DNA of 64,000 nucleotides from Frankiales bacterium. Its GTDB lineage: Bacteria > Actinomycetota > Actinomycetes > JAWWOW01. The translations under genes and the position numbers were made by a program. How positions within the stretch are numbered: the stretch's first letter is position 1; every line of letters starts with the position of its first letter. The notes under the pieces were generated by a model. The model searched no databases, was not told where the DNA came from, and saw only the letters and a list, made by a program, of their open reading frames with translations. The stretch is from the NCBI GenBank assembly GCA_033851265.1, contig JAWWOW010000025.1, positions 79,386 through 143,385 of the forward strand, written 5' to 3'. Positions 38,573 to 46,987 of the stretch are shown in pieces.

Positions 38573-39514
38573 CTACTCGCCCGTGTGACGGGACGCAACC
38601 CACCCGGCCCCAGCGGCTGCCAGTAGGGCAAGCATCGCGGGCGCGAACTCTCGTGCTGCTAGTAAGACGATGCCGATTAGCAGCATGACGAATAGCAGGT
38701 ACCGCGCACGCCCTCCAATCACCGCCCCCGCTTCATCGTCAACCGACCTGCTGGCCACGGCTGCCGGGACCAGCACTTGCGCTGACGCCGGGACAGCCGT
38801 CTGACGCTCCCGTGTTGACGATTTAGATGCCTGACCTCCTGGTCGATTGAGCATCAGCACGAGAACAACAGCCCAGGACCACAACATCAATAGCGCAGTC
38901 GCCGCACACCAAACGGCGGTCGTCGTGCTGCTTTCCAGTTCTGAGACCGTTGGTGGCAACGAGTTATCGCCGCCAGGGATGTGAGAAAACGCTTGCAGGA
39001 TCACGACGACGATGTAGAGGACCCACCAACCATTGAGCAAGGCGCGTCGAAGCCCGCGCACTCGACCCGACTCTGATTCCCACAACTCGATCATCGCTCG
39101 CCGAGCCATCGCATAGCCGTACACCGGAATGAAGGGCGAGCGGGCAAGGCGACGTTGTGACTTCGGAGCACGTGCTGCTCCTTGTGACACGTACAACCAA
39201 CGGAAGAATAGAAGCAGGGAGACGAACGAAAGCAAGCCAGCGATGTCGAGAAAGTCACTTGCGACGACCAGCGCGTGGGGCTTAGGAACTCCGCCGTACT
39301 CGGAGTTGTTGCAGAGAATGGTCAGCACAGCGTCCGGGTTCTGACATGCCTCACTGATGGGTCCTATTCGTGAGCGGCCATCCAGTGCGTCGAGGTCATG
39401 GAGACCAGCCACGCCATTGGCGGCACTGACCAGGTAGCAAACAGCACACCCGACCAGACAAACCCATAAGACGAGGGGCAATCGTGAACGCCCTTGGCTC
39501 GCCATGACACCCAT
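38573..39514 (-). CDS. Membrane protein (4-5 TM), first gene of the putative nuclease operon
   Basis: A 313 aa ORF with hydrophobic helices (LPLVLWVCLVGCAVCYLV..., WWVLYIVVVILQAF..., AVWCAATALLMLWSWAVVLVLML..., YLLFVMLLIGIVLLAA...). It lies ~120 bp upstream of the nuclease gene on the same strand. Confidence 0.5.
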   Translation of the reverse strand: MGVMASQGRSRLPLVLWVCLVGCAVCYLVSAANGVAGLHDLDALDGRSRIGPISEACQNPDAVLTILCNNSEYGGVPKPHALVVASDFLDIAGLLSFVSLLLFFRWLYVSQGAARAPKSQRRLARSPFIPVYGYAMARRAMIELWESESGRVRGLRRALLNGWWVLYIVVVILQAFSHIPGGDNSLPPTVSELESSTTTAVWCAATALLMLWSWAVVLVLMLNRPGGQASKSSTRERQTAVPASAQVLVPAAVASRSVDDEAGAVIGGRARYLLFVMLLIGIVLLAAREFAPAMLALLAAAGAGWVASRHTGE

Positions 39515-39537
39515 GATGGTGGGAAGGTGAGTGGTTT

Positions 39538-40203
39538 ATGAAGCTTGATCAGAAGGCTGCTGATCGCCTGGTCGCCATGCTCGCGAAGGCGGACGACCTG
39601 CTGAAGACGTACAAGAGCCCTCCTTCGAACTTCATTGGATTCGAGGGGTGGGTAGATAGCGAGTTGTTCGCTGAGTGGCGAGCGCAGAGTCTCGTTCTGC
39701 TTCGCCAGTCACTCGGCCGAGAGCATCAGTACACGCGGTCCTTTCAAGAGGGAACGGAGAAGGAGAGCGTGCCGAGCTCAGTCCGGCACGGAATAGGGAT
39801 ACTCCGAGCAGCTTCGGAGGACCTGTCCAACGGCTATCTGTTCGAAGCCCGATCCCTCATCGAGGCTGAGGTCTTCGATGACTTCTTGCAGATGGCGCAA
39901 CATCTCAACCAGCAGGGATACAAGGATCCGGCCGCATCCTTGGCAGGAGCAGTACTCGAGGACGGCCTTCGCCGCATCGCCACAGGCCACGAAGTGCCAT
40001 TCTCAAAGTCAGACGGCCTTGACGCGTTGAACAAGGCGATTGCCAGCCATGGGATTTATAACAAGCTGACCCAGTCGAAGGTGGACTCGTGGAGAGTCAT
40101 CCGCAATGCGGCTGATCATGGCAACTTCGGGGAATACGGCACCGAGGACGTGACCGCCCTTATCGAAGGAGTCGTCGACCTGCTTGGCCGCCATCTAGTG
40201 TGA
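39538..40203 (+). CDS. HEPN-motif protein (DUF4145/Abi-like, predicted RNase), divergent from the nuclease operon
   Basis: A 221 aa soluble helical protein, preceded by GGAAGG, carrying the Rx4-6H HEPN motif near the C-terminus (WRVIRNAADHG). Its local GC of ~60% (counted over 39538-39600) is lower than the backbone. Confidence 0.5.
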   Translation: MKLDQKAADRLVAMLAKADDLLKTYKSPPSNFIGFEGWVDSELFAEWRAQSLVLLRQSLGREHQYTRSFQEGTEKESVPSSVRHGIGILRAASEDLSNGYLFEARSLIEAEVFDDFLQMAQHLNQQGYKDPAASLAGAVLEDGLRRIATGHEVPFSKSDGLDALNKAIASHGIYNKLTQSKVDSWRVIRNAADHGNFGEYGTEDVTALIEGVVDLLGRHLV

Positions 40204-40310
40204 CGGACGTCGCCTGCGCACCATTCGGCGGCGCCGACTGCTTGAACTGCCCGCCGTCGGCGCTTTCAACTGTTGTTTGAACTGCAACGCGCGTCACTAC
40301 GATTGGCACC

Positions 40311-40958
40311 ATGACCGAGTCCGGCGCCTGGTCCGAACCACTGGCGGTCGGGACGTTTGTTCTCGCGCTAGCCACTCTGCTGTTGGTCCTAGTCACGGGT
40401 ATCCAGCTGCGCCTGGCGCGCCGCACAGCAAATCTGGCCATACGACCGCTGCTCGGGGAGGTACCCGAGCCGTTGGAGGCCGCCGACATCGAGAGCGTCA
40501 GCTTTGGCGCACCCGGGCGGAACCGCGAGGAATTGCGGGTCGGTGAATTTTTTCTCCGCCGCGGCGAAGACAGCGACGTCTTTCAGGTGTCTGTTTCTTT
40601 CCGCAACGTTGGCTCAGGCCCGGCAGTGATTCTGGGTGCTGGCACGGATCCGGCCGTCACCGCCAGTTGCAAGGTGTCCCGGATGTATGTGCCCACAGGA
40701 GAGAACGTACGCGTCAACGTTTCCGCACTCGTGACGGCCGGTGCTGAGGGCGCGAGGCATCTTGCAGACTGGCGTACAGAGGGCGGGGCGAACTTTACGA
40801 TTTTCATTACCTACGCCGATGTCGACGGATCTCAAACGATGACAACAAGGGCAGTGGTCCGCGAATACGCCGTCCATACTCCCTTCGTGGAACGTGTCGA
40901 AATCTGGCGGCCGGGCGCAAAGGAGCCGTACTTGGCCTCAGGTGAGTGGGGCGGCTAG
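40311..40958 (+). CDS. Membrane-anchored hypothetical protein (N-terminal TM plus a beta-rich extracytoplasmic domain)
   Basis: A 215 aa ORF with the TM helix VGTFVLALATLLLVLVTGIQL. Confidence 0.4.
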   Translation: MTESGAWSEPLAVGTFVLALATLLLVLVTGIQLRLARRTANLAIRPLLGEVPEPLEAADIESVSFGAPGRNREELRVGEFFLRRGEDSDVFQVSVSFRNVGSGPAVILGAGTDPAVTASCKVSRMYVPTGENVRVNVSALVTAGAEGARHLADWRTEGGANFTIFITYADVDGSQTMTTRAVVREYAVHTPFVERVEIWRPGAKEPYLASGEWGG

Positions 40959-41054
40959 CCGGCATATAAGTGGCGATAGCGAGCGTGCGTTCCGGCAATA
41001 TCGTGCGTTCCGTGATCCTGATTCGGAGCGCCGCCTGCCGCGCGGATGTAAGTC

Positions 41055-41339
41055 GTGACGAATCCATATCTCACTACGCTGTCCGGCGTGGGTCGCCTGA
41101 GCCGCGCCGACTGGGGCTGGATCATTGGCTCGCTCGGGCTCGGTCTCGTGATGACGATCTGGACGGGGGACTGGGGCATATGGCTGGAACCGCATTGGTG
41201 GATCGGTGCCGCTGTTACCTCCCTGCTTGGAGGTGTTCTCGCTTCTCTGCTACTCGTGCGTAAGGCGCGACGACGGGCGAAGCGACCATCCGCGCCGCCT
41301 GTTCCTCTGGCCGCGCCCCGTTGGCAGCGGCGCCGCTAA
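41055..41339 (+). CDS. Small membrane protein (2 TM, Trp-rich, basic C-terminal tail)
   Basis: A 94 aa ORF containing WGWIIGSLGLGLVMTIW...WWIGAAVTSLLGGVLASLLLV. Confidence 0.35.
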   Translation: MTNPYLTTLSGVGRLSRADWGWIIGSLGLGLVMTIWTGDWGIWLEPHWWIGAAVTSLLGGVLASLLLVRKARRRAKRPSAPPVPLAAPRWQRRR

Positions 41340-41773
41340 CCCGATGCAGTTTCGGTCCAGAAGTGGCGCTCTCACACGTGGGTCCCGGTGTTATCGAGCG
41401 GATTACCGCTCCCGTCGCGCGTGGCGGAGCATCGTGAAGGCAAGGGCAGCGAAGCCGCCGCTGAACAACGCACCGAGACCAGCTATCTCAGCTTGCTCCT
41501 AGTCTGTCCGGAGGACACCAATCAACGCCGCGACTAGCAAGAAGATGGCGAACGGGCCAGTCCACAACCATGACCATCGGAAGAGCCCTACCTGAAAGCG
41601 GACCGCAGCTTGCATTGCTCCGGTCAGTCGCGCCATGCCGCCCTGCTCCCGATTGATCGCAAGATCCTTGCATGACTTTCGTAAAGCGACCGCACGGTAA
41701 CTGCCGATCTGCGCGAGGGGACCGTTGTTAGGGACGGGGCTCAGCGAGTTCTTGCTCAGGGGAGAATCACAGC

Positions 41774-42049
41774 GTGAGTATGTCCGACTGGCTGGATCAT
41801 CGCCGGGGCAGGGTTGGCTTAGCAGCAAGCGTCTTCGGCGCTGGCATCGGCATTTTCGCCTCTGGCAATCGGCTACTGGGAACTCCGCTCATCGTTATGG
41901 GAGCGATCGGCACCCCCGTTGCCATTGGCAGCTACGTGCGTCACGCCCGCCGCGACGAAACCGATGAATCCAACGTGTTGTTTGGAGTCCCGGCGCCGAA
42001 TGCGACCAACACGGAGGACCCTCCGAGCCACGTAAGGCGGATTGATTAG
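41774..42049 (+). CDS. Small membrane protein (2 TM)
   Basis: A 91 aa ORF with hydrophobic segments LAASVFGAGIGIFA and LIVMGAIGTPVAIG. Confidence 0.3.
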   Translation: MSMSDWLDHRRGRVGLAASVFGAGIGIFASGNRLLGTPLIVMGAIGTPVAIGSYVRHARRDETDESNVLFGVPAPNATNTEDPPSHVRRID

Positions 42050-42465
42050 CCAGTCGCGAAGTGCCACTCCCGAGCACGGCGTCCGGCGGCCCCTTGCGGC
42101 CTGATTGCGTACCGTGGATCCCGTGTCAGGGTGGAACAGCGGCAACAAGAGGTTCTGGACGCGCCACCGTCGAAGTGTCCGCACCAGTCGGCAGCTCGCT
42201 CAGGAAGCCGTCGATCGGTTAGCGAAGGTCAAAGAGGACCTCACGGGGGACCCCCACGACGACACGGCACGTGACGTGCCCTACTTGAGGCAGACGATTG
42301 AGTCGGCCTCCGACCCTCAAGTGCAGCAGCAGGACCAAGCCCGCCGCACCCATGCGGGACAGCGGGAGCGCCGGATGGGACGCCTACGGGCGCGGAATCA
42401 GCGCGACCGGTAGGTGGCGTGAGCGTGCGAAGAGTGACTGACAAAACCACGCGTAGGCTTGCCGC

Positions 42466-43020
42466 GTGCGGGGGTGGCTGAGCGTGGCGTTGGTCACCGC
42501 TGTGCTCGTTAGCGGCTGCGCGAGCGACGGACATTCCACGTTGGCGATTCCCCGGCCCACACTGCCCGTGGGGTTACCGACGCCAGCCGTGACGCTGCCC
42601 AGCGGAACGCCGACCGTGCTCCCCACCAGCCGTCCGACGATCACCGTCACGCGGCCCAAGTATCACGTCAGCCTGGCGACCTTCGCGGGCGGCTGGACGG
42701 CTCACACACGTTTCCTTCGCATCAGTCGGGCCGGTGTCGGCAAAGAGTGGGTGGATGACGGGTGCTGCCACCACGAGTTCCACCTCACCTTTGAGCTCTC
42801 GCGGGTCTGGGGGTCACCAGACAACGCGATCGCCGAGTTTGTGATCACAGCGTTCACGCCTGGTGAGCCGGGCTACTTCGACGCCCAACACCCTGCTCCA
42901 CGCGTCGGGCAGAAGGGGCAACTCCGGGTGCGCGAGCACACCATCGTGGAAACGGCCACGGACACACGGTTCTGCTCAGACGGGCACGCGTTACCCCAGC
43001 CAAACGTCTGCGGCGTCTAA
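42466..43020 (+). CDS. Lipoprotein of unknown function
   Basis: Lipobox LVSGC followed by a Pro/Thr-rich linker and a Cys-containing beta domain. Confidence 0.5.
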   Translation: MRGWLSVALVTAVLVSGCASDGHSTLAIPRPTLPVGLPTPAVTLPSGTPTVLPTSRPTITVTRPKYHVSLATFAGGWTAHTRFLRISRAGVGKEWVDDGCCHHEFHLTFELSRVWGSPDNAIAEFVITAFTPGEPGYFDAQHPAPRVGQKGQLRVREHTIVETATDTRFCSDGHALPQPNVCGV

Positions 43021-43154
43021 CTGGCGTGTGATGCAGGAGGGGTCGGCCGATTTATAGGTGATGCTCCCGCACATGGGTTGCGGTGTTATCGATCGGGTCT
43101 TGCCGGCGAATTCGCCACCTGCATTGGGATCCCACCGTTATGAGTCGAGCAGGG

Positions 43155-43200
43155 CTCATTAATTGACGCGTTAATCCGTCATCCGTTAGTGACAATGGCC
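43155..43200 (+). promoter_or_regulatory. AT-rich promoter/operator-like element immediately upstream of a probably leaderless GTG start
   Basis: CTCATTAATTGACGCGTTAATCCGTCATCCGTTAGTGACAATGG is a local AT-rich island in ~70% GC DNA containing a near-palindrome around ACGCGT. A -10-like GACAAT lies ~7 bp before the GTG at 43203. Confidence 0.3.
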
Positions 43201-43202
43201 GT

Positions 43203-43796
43203 GTGCAGGACCCGCTAGCTCCTTACTGGGACCCGATGCCCGACGTCTTGTCTTCGCGCGGTATTCCGATCCCCGGGGGTCCACCTTGGTGGCGAGGCCA
43301 GCTGCCCGACCCTGCCGAGTACTTGCGCGGAAGTTGGGCGGAACGTAATTGGCGCAATGTGCCAGGTCCGCTCTACGGGGCCATGACCGACACGTGCTGG
43401 GCTTCTCGGCAGTTTGCGCCGCATCACATTTCCTACGAGAACGAGACCGGTCAGGAGTTCTTGTACAGGCAGCCACGGTCGCGTGGCGAGGTGCTTGGAG
43501 TGCTACTGGGAGCTCGGAACGATCCGTATGACGGATGGAGCTCAGACGGTGATGAGCATTGGACACCCGAACTAGTCCGGTCCTGGTGGCGGGATCGCGG
43601 TCGCCTTGTTGAATGGATCGAGAGAGATCTTCAGGTGTGGTCGGCGGGTAACGGAGAGGAACGGGACGCCGCCGCAGGCCTGGTCGAGTACGCCGCCTAC
43701 CTCGACGGTGAACTCGAGACGCACCTGCGCGGATACGTCTTCTGGCTAATGGAGCGCCGAACGCCGCGCGCAGACGACAAACTGCCAGGCCTCTAG
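43203..43796 (+). CDS. Trp-rich hypothetical protein
   Basis: A 197 aa ORF with a GTG start; no recognisable catalytic motif. Confidence 0.45.
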   Translation: MQDPLAPYWDPMPDVLSSRGIPIPGGPPWWRGQLPDPAEYLRGSWAERNWRNVPGPLYGAMTDTCWASRQFAPHHISYENETGQEFLYRQPRSRGEVLGVLLGARNDPYDGWSSDGDEHWTPELVRSWWRDRGRLVEWIERDLQVWSAGNGEERDAAAGLVEYAAYLDGELETHLRGYVFWLMERRTPRADDKLPGL

Positions 43797-43942
43797 TCGA
43801 TGGGGCTCACAAACCGCGGCGGCGTTCTATGACGTGCTGAAGTGCCGTTCCAGTTCGCTGATAATTGCGTGATTCCCGATGACTCCCCGGCGTTCTCGAG
43901 CGCACGATTCGGTATTCTGACCGTCAGTGAAAGCATGCGGAA

Positions 43943-44446
43943 GTGCCAAAGCTCGGCCTGTGCATCTCGTCCGCAGTTCTCATCGGGTCCCTGTCCGGAT
44001 GTAGCGGGGGCACTGTCGCGGACGATTCCACCAGCGTGCCCTCCGGGGCGATCTGTGAACTCATCAAGACAGCACGAGTCGCCAGCAGTCTCAAGGTTCC
44101 GGTGTCGAGAGTGGGTTCGTGCCTCGAGACCGATGTGACACCAGATCGATCAGGTCGTTGGCCGATTCAGGCCCCGCCCTTTGAGCTGGCGCTGGTCTCG
44201 GTGAATCCCGACCCAACCCGTCATAGGTACTACGACAACGTGGACAAGCATTCGTCGGATTACAAGAGCGTATTGGTCAGCGGCACCTCGTGTGCCCAAC
44301 AGGTCGATCGCGGACACAACCTCTACTGCTACGACGAGAAGACGAAGATGACGGTGCATGTGCAGGTGGTGGGAGATGCAGACGTTTCTGCCATGACCCT
44401 CGCGCTGGCATCTGCGGCTCTTCCCGTGGTTCTGCCGGGAGCCTAG
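43943..44446 (+). CDS. Lipoprotein of unknown function
   Basis: Lipobox LSGC-SGG; 4 additional Cys. Confidence 0.5.
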   Translation: MPKLGLCISSAVLIGSLSGCSGGTVADDSTSVPSGAICELIKTARVASSLKVPVSRVGSCLETDVTPDRSGRWPIQAPPFELALVSVNPDPTRHRYYDNVDKHSSDYKSVLVSGTSCAQQVDRGHNLYCYDEKTKMTVHVQVVGDADVSAMTLALASAALPVVLPGA

Positions 44447-44467
44447 GGCGGTTGCGCTCGGACCCGC

Positions 44468-44896
44468 TCAGGGATGATCCGGGACAACGACAGGGCGACC
44501 CCACGTCCGGCACCGGTCAGAAGCAATGTCCAGCCCGGCGTGGAGGGAGTCGGTCTCATTGCCGATGCTCGTCCCCCCCTCCTTCAGGACGTTGCTGATG
44601 TCACGCACGTCAGCAACCAATCGGGTCAACGCCTCAGTGAGATCGCCCGTCGAGTTCGTCGCATCCTTTTGGAATTCGTCCGCGATGCTGCCGAAGCCGA
44701 GCCCGAGAATGAACGCCGCGTACTTGCCTGACTTCACCAGTCGGTACTGGTCGTCGATGCCCTCCATGTGCGTAGCCAGCCGCGCGCACGCTGCCTGGTT
44801 GAGCCGCACGTCTGCCGGGTTCTTAGTTGGGGATGGTGTCCCCGCTGGCGAGGATGAGCCACACGCCGCGGCTGTTGTGACGAGTAGACCAATCAC
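44468..44896 (-). CDS. Lipoprotein of unknown function
   Basis: Lipobox TAAAC-GSS; 142 aa, helical. Confidence 0.5.
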   Translation of the reverse strand: MIGLLVTTAAACGSSSPAGTPSPTKNPADVRLNQAACARLATHMEGIDDQYRLVKSGKYAAFILGLGFGSIADEFQKDATNSTGDLTEALTRLVADVRDISNVLKEGGTSIGNETDSLHAGLDIASDRCRTWGRPVVVPDHP

Positions 44897-44971
44897 GCAT
44901 CCACGAGCGATGTGCCACCCAGCGGCAGACGCTACGCCCCCAAGGGGGCGGCCGACAGGCGGGAAACGCGT

Positions 44972-46420
44972 TCAGGTGGTGCGGCTGCAGGACGTAACGA
45001 GCTGCCGCAACGTGCGCTGTATCGAGGGACTGTGAAGTGTGGCTCTAGTCGATCCGAGCAGCGTTGGTGTTGGCAACGACCGGACCAGACCGGTGGCGGC
45101 GCACCGGGCGACGGCGGGTGCGGTGCCGTCCACGATCAGTTCGGCTCCGGCTGTGGAGCGCAGCGCCGGCAGGGCCAGCAGGTCACCATCGCTGGAGCGG
45201 GGGTCAGCCGTCGGGGCATCGCACGACTCAAAATGAACCCCTTCGGAATACGCGCTGATCTTGGCGGTCGCAGCGGGGACGGCCCGCCGCCACCGTTCCA
45301 GCGCGGTCTCAATCGCACGCGTGTTCGCGGGAGTGTCTCCGGCAAGCGTCATCCGCGCGCAGGTCGCTTCATCACGCTTGAAGACCTCGAAGGTGTCGCC
45401 GCCCCACCCGTCTGCGGCCTGAAACGCCTGCTTGGCATCGATGCGCTGCCCAAGCATCAGATAGAGCATCAGCGCACCGAAGTCAGCACGCTGCCCGGGA
45501 ATCGGGACGTCGTTTTCCTCAAACGCGACGGGTTCGATGTAGGACGCGCCCTCATCATCCAGATAACGCCAAGGATCGAAAATCTGCGCGTGGGTTCGTG
45601 GTGGGTTGCGCAACACGCCGTCTCGCCCGATCTCAGGCTTCCCTGTGGCGACGATTTCGATCAGCGGGGGGCCGAGGACATAGGGACTGTCGAATAGCGA
45701 CTCCAGGACGGCGGGCACGGTCGGTTGCGCGTCTCGGTTGCTGTTGTCGTCGTCCGTGACAGCTTGTTGCTCCGATTCACTGAGCGTTCCGAGGTATGCG
45801 CGTTCGACGAGTGTGGCGTCGCCCTCAAGTACGGCCGTAAGGCCCGCGATCTGTCCGTTCGTCGCGTCCTCGTCTAGCCCGTCACCTGTGGGGTGCTGGT
45901 CCTGCCAGACGTGCGTCAACTCATGAACGAGCGTCACGCGCACACCCGGTGTCAGGAACCTGCCGCGTAAACGGACGCGGTTGTCCCGAGGGGCGTAGTA
46001 CCCGACTAAGCCTTCGCCATAAAGGATCCTCAACTGACTCTGCAGGTCCTCACGCATCAGTCCGAGCGCTTGGAAGACCGCCGCAGTTCGTTCCAGTTCT
46101 TCCTGCTCGTGACTCCCGCGTTCCGGGAGGAACGCGTTGCGGGCCTGCTTGCGGAAATCACCGTCGCTGAGCAGGTCAACGTGGACGGGGCGGATGAACT
46201 TGCCGTGCTTCTGCTGTTCCACGAACGCCACCAACGGCGCAATCCGGGCGTCCCACTTGTCGGGGAATCTGCCCTCCGGCCATTTGACAACGATGACCAC
46301 GACGCTTGTGCAGAGCAGCGCGATTACCAGCGCGAAGCGCACGATGCGCCGTCGTCCTGATCGGCGCGCAGCGGAATCGACCGAGGCGAGAAGCTCCGAC
46401 CAAGCTTCGGACACGGCTAC
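44972..46420 (-). CDS. Membrane-anchored putative zinc metallopeptidase (HExxH) of unknown family
   Basis: An N-terminal TM (IVRFALVIALLCTSVVVIVV) is followed by an extracytoplasmic domain with VTLVHELTHVWQDQH (HExxH). The start was set near 46414-46420, coupled to the upstream small gene; the maximal ORF reaches 46534. Confidence 0.55.
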   Translation of the reverse strand, partial: VAVSEAWSELLASVDSAARRSGRRRIVRFALVIALLCTSVVVIVVKWPEGRFPDKWDARIAPLVAFVEQQKHGKFIRPVHVDLLSDGDFRKQARNAFLPERGSHEQEELERTAAVFQALGLMREDLQSQLRILYGEGLVGYYAPRDNRVRLRGRFLTPGVRVTLVHELTHVWQDQHPTGDGLDEDATNGQIAGLTAVLEGDATLVERAYLGTLSESEQQAVTDDDNSNRDAQPTVPAVLESLFDSPYVLGPPLIEIVATGKPEIGRDGVLRNPPRTHAQIFDPWRYLDDEGASYIEPVAFEENDVPIPGQRADFGALMLYLMLGQRIDAKQAFQAADGWGGDTFEVFKRDEATCARMTLAGDTPANTRAIETALERWRRAVPAATAKISAYSEGVHFESCDAPTADPRSSDGDLLALPALRSTAGAELIVDGTAPAVARCAATGLVRSLPTPTLLGSTRATLHSPSIQRTLRQLVTSCSRTT

Positions 46421-46752
46421 CGGGAGTCCCTTTCGATTCGGCGAGCCTCTTGCTCCGCCTCCTCCACCTCCGGTGACCTCAGCACCGCCTCGAAACCCTC
46501 TCTGGTCGCCATGTTCACCGGCTGGCCGAGCCACGCGTACGCGGCAATGAACGCGACTGTCGAGTCAAGAACGGCGAGCGCGTAGATGAGCCGCCAATGG
46601 TCCGCGCGTAAGGCGAACACCCACAGTCCGACGTTCATGGTAAGCAAGATCGTCACGATCAGGAGCCGACGTCTCAATCCGGGAGCCCATTCCCCTCGCA
46701 CGCAGCAAGTATCTCGCCAAGTGCGCAGGGCTTCGACCACACCAGCAATCAT
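46417..46752 (-). CDS. Small membrane protein (2 TM plus a cytoplasmic tail), translationally coupled to the HExxH protein gene
   Basis: A 111 aa ORF containing LLIVTILLTMNVGLWVFAL...LIYALAVLDSTVAFIAAYAWL. Confidence 0.45.
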   Translation of the reverse strand: MIAGVVEALRTWRDTCCVRGEWAPGLRRRLLIVTILLTMNVGLWVFALRADHWRLIYALAVLDSTVAFIAAYAWLGQPVNMATREGFEAVLRSPEVEEAEQEARRIERDSR

Positions 46753-46987
46753 GTCGAGGTCAAGGCACGAGAACGCCGGTCACCGCATGCGGCTGATGTT
46801 TGACGTTGGGCCTTCGGCTGAATTCTTGACGCTCCCTCGGCTGCCTGGACGCAACTTTTGGCTTCGCAGCGGGTCCAGAGCAGAGGACTGGAGAAGGGGC
46901 AGGGACGGCGAGGGGTCCGGAGTCAGGAGGAACCAAAGTCGCGATGACGAACCTCTTCATGACGTAGCGCGTCAGAGAGGGGACCCC

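Noticed and set aside
36729-38603. The extreme N-terminus (38453-38603) of the maximal nuclease ORF, and plus-strand ORFs 37988..38341 / 38190..38471
   Set aside because: The first ~50 codons overlap the upstream membrane gene end and are compositionally poor, so the start was placed at ATG 38452. The plus-strand ORFs lack start context and lie antisense to the conserved nuclease N-terminal domain. The exact nuclease start remains uncertain.
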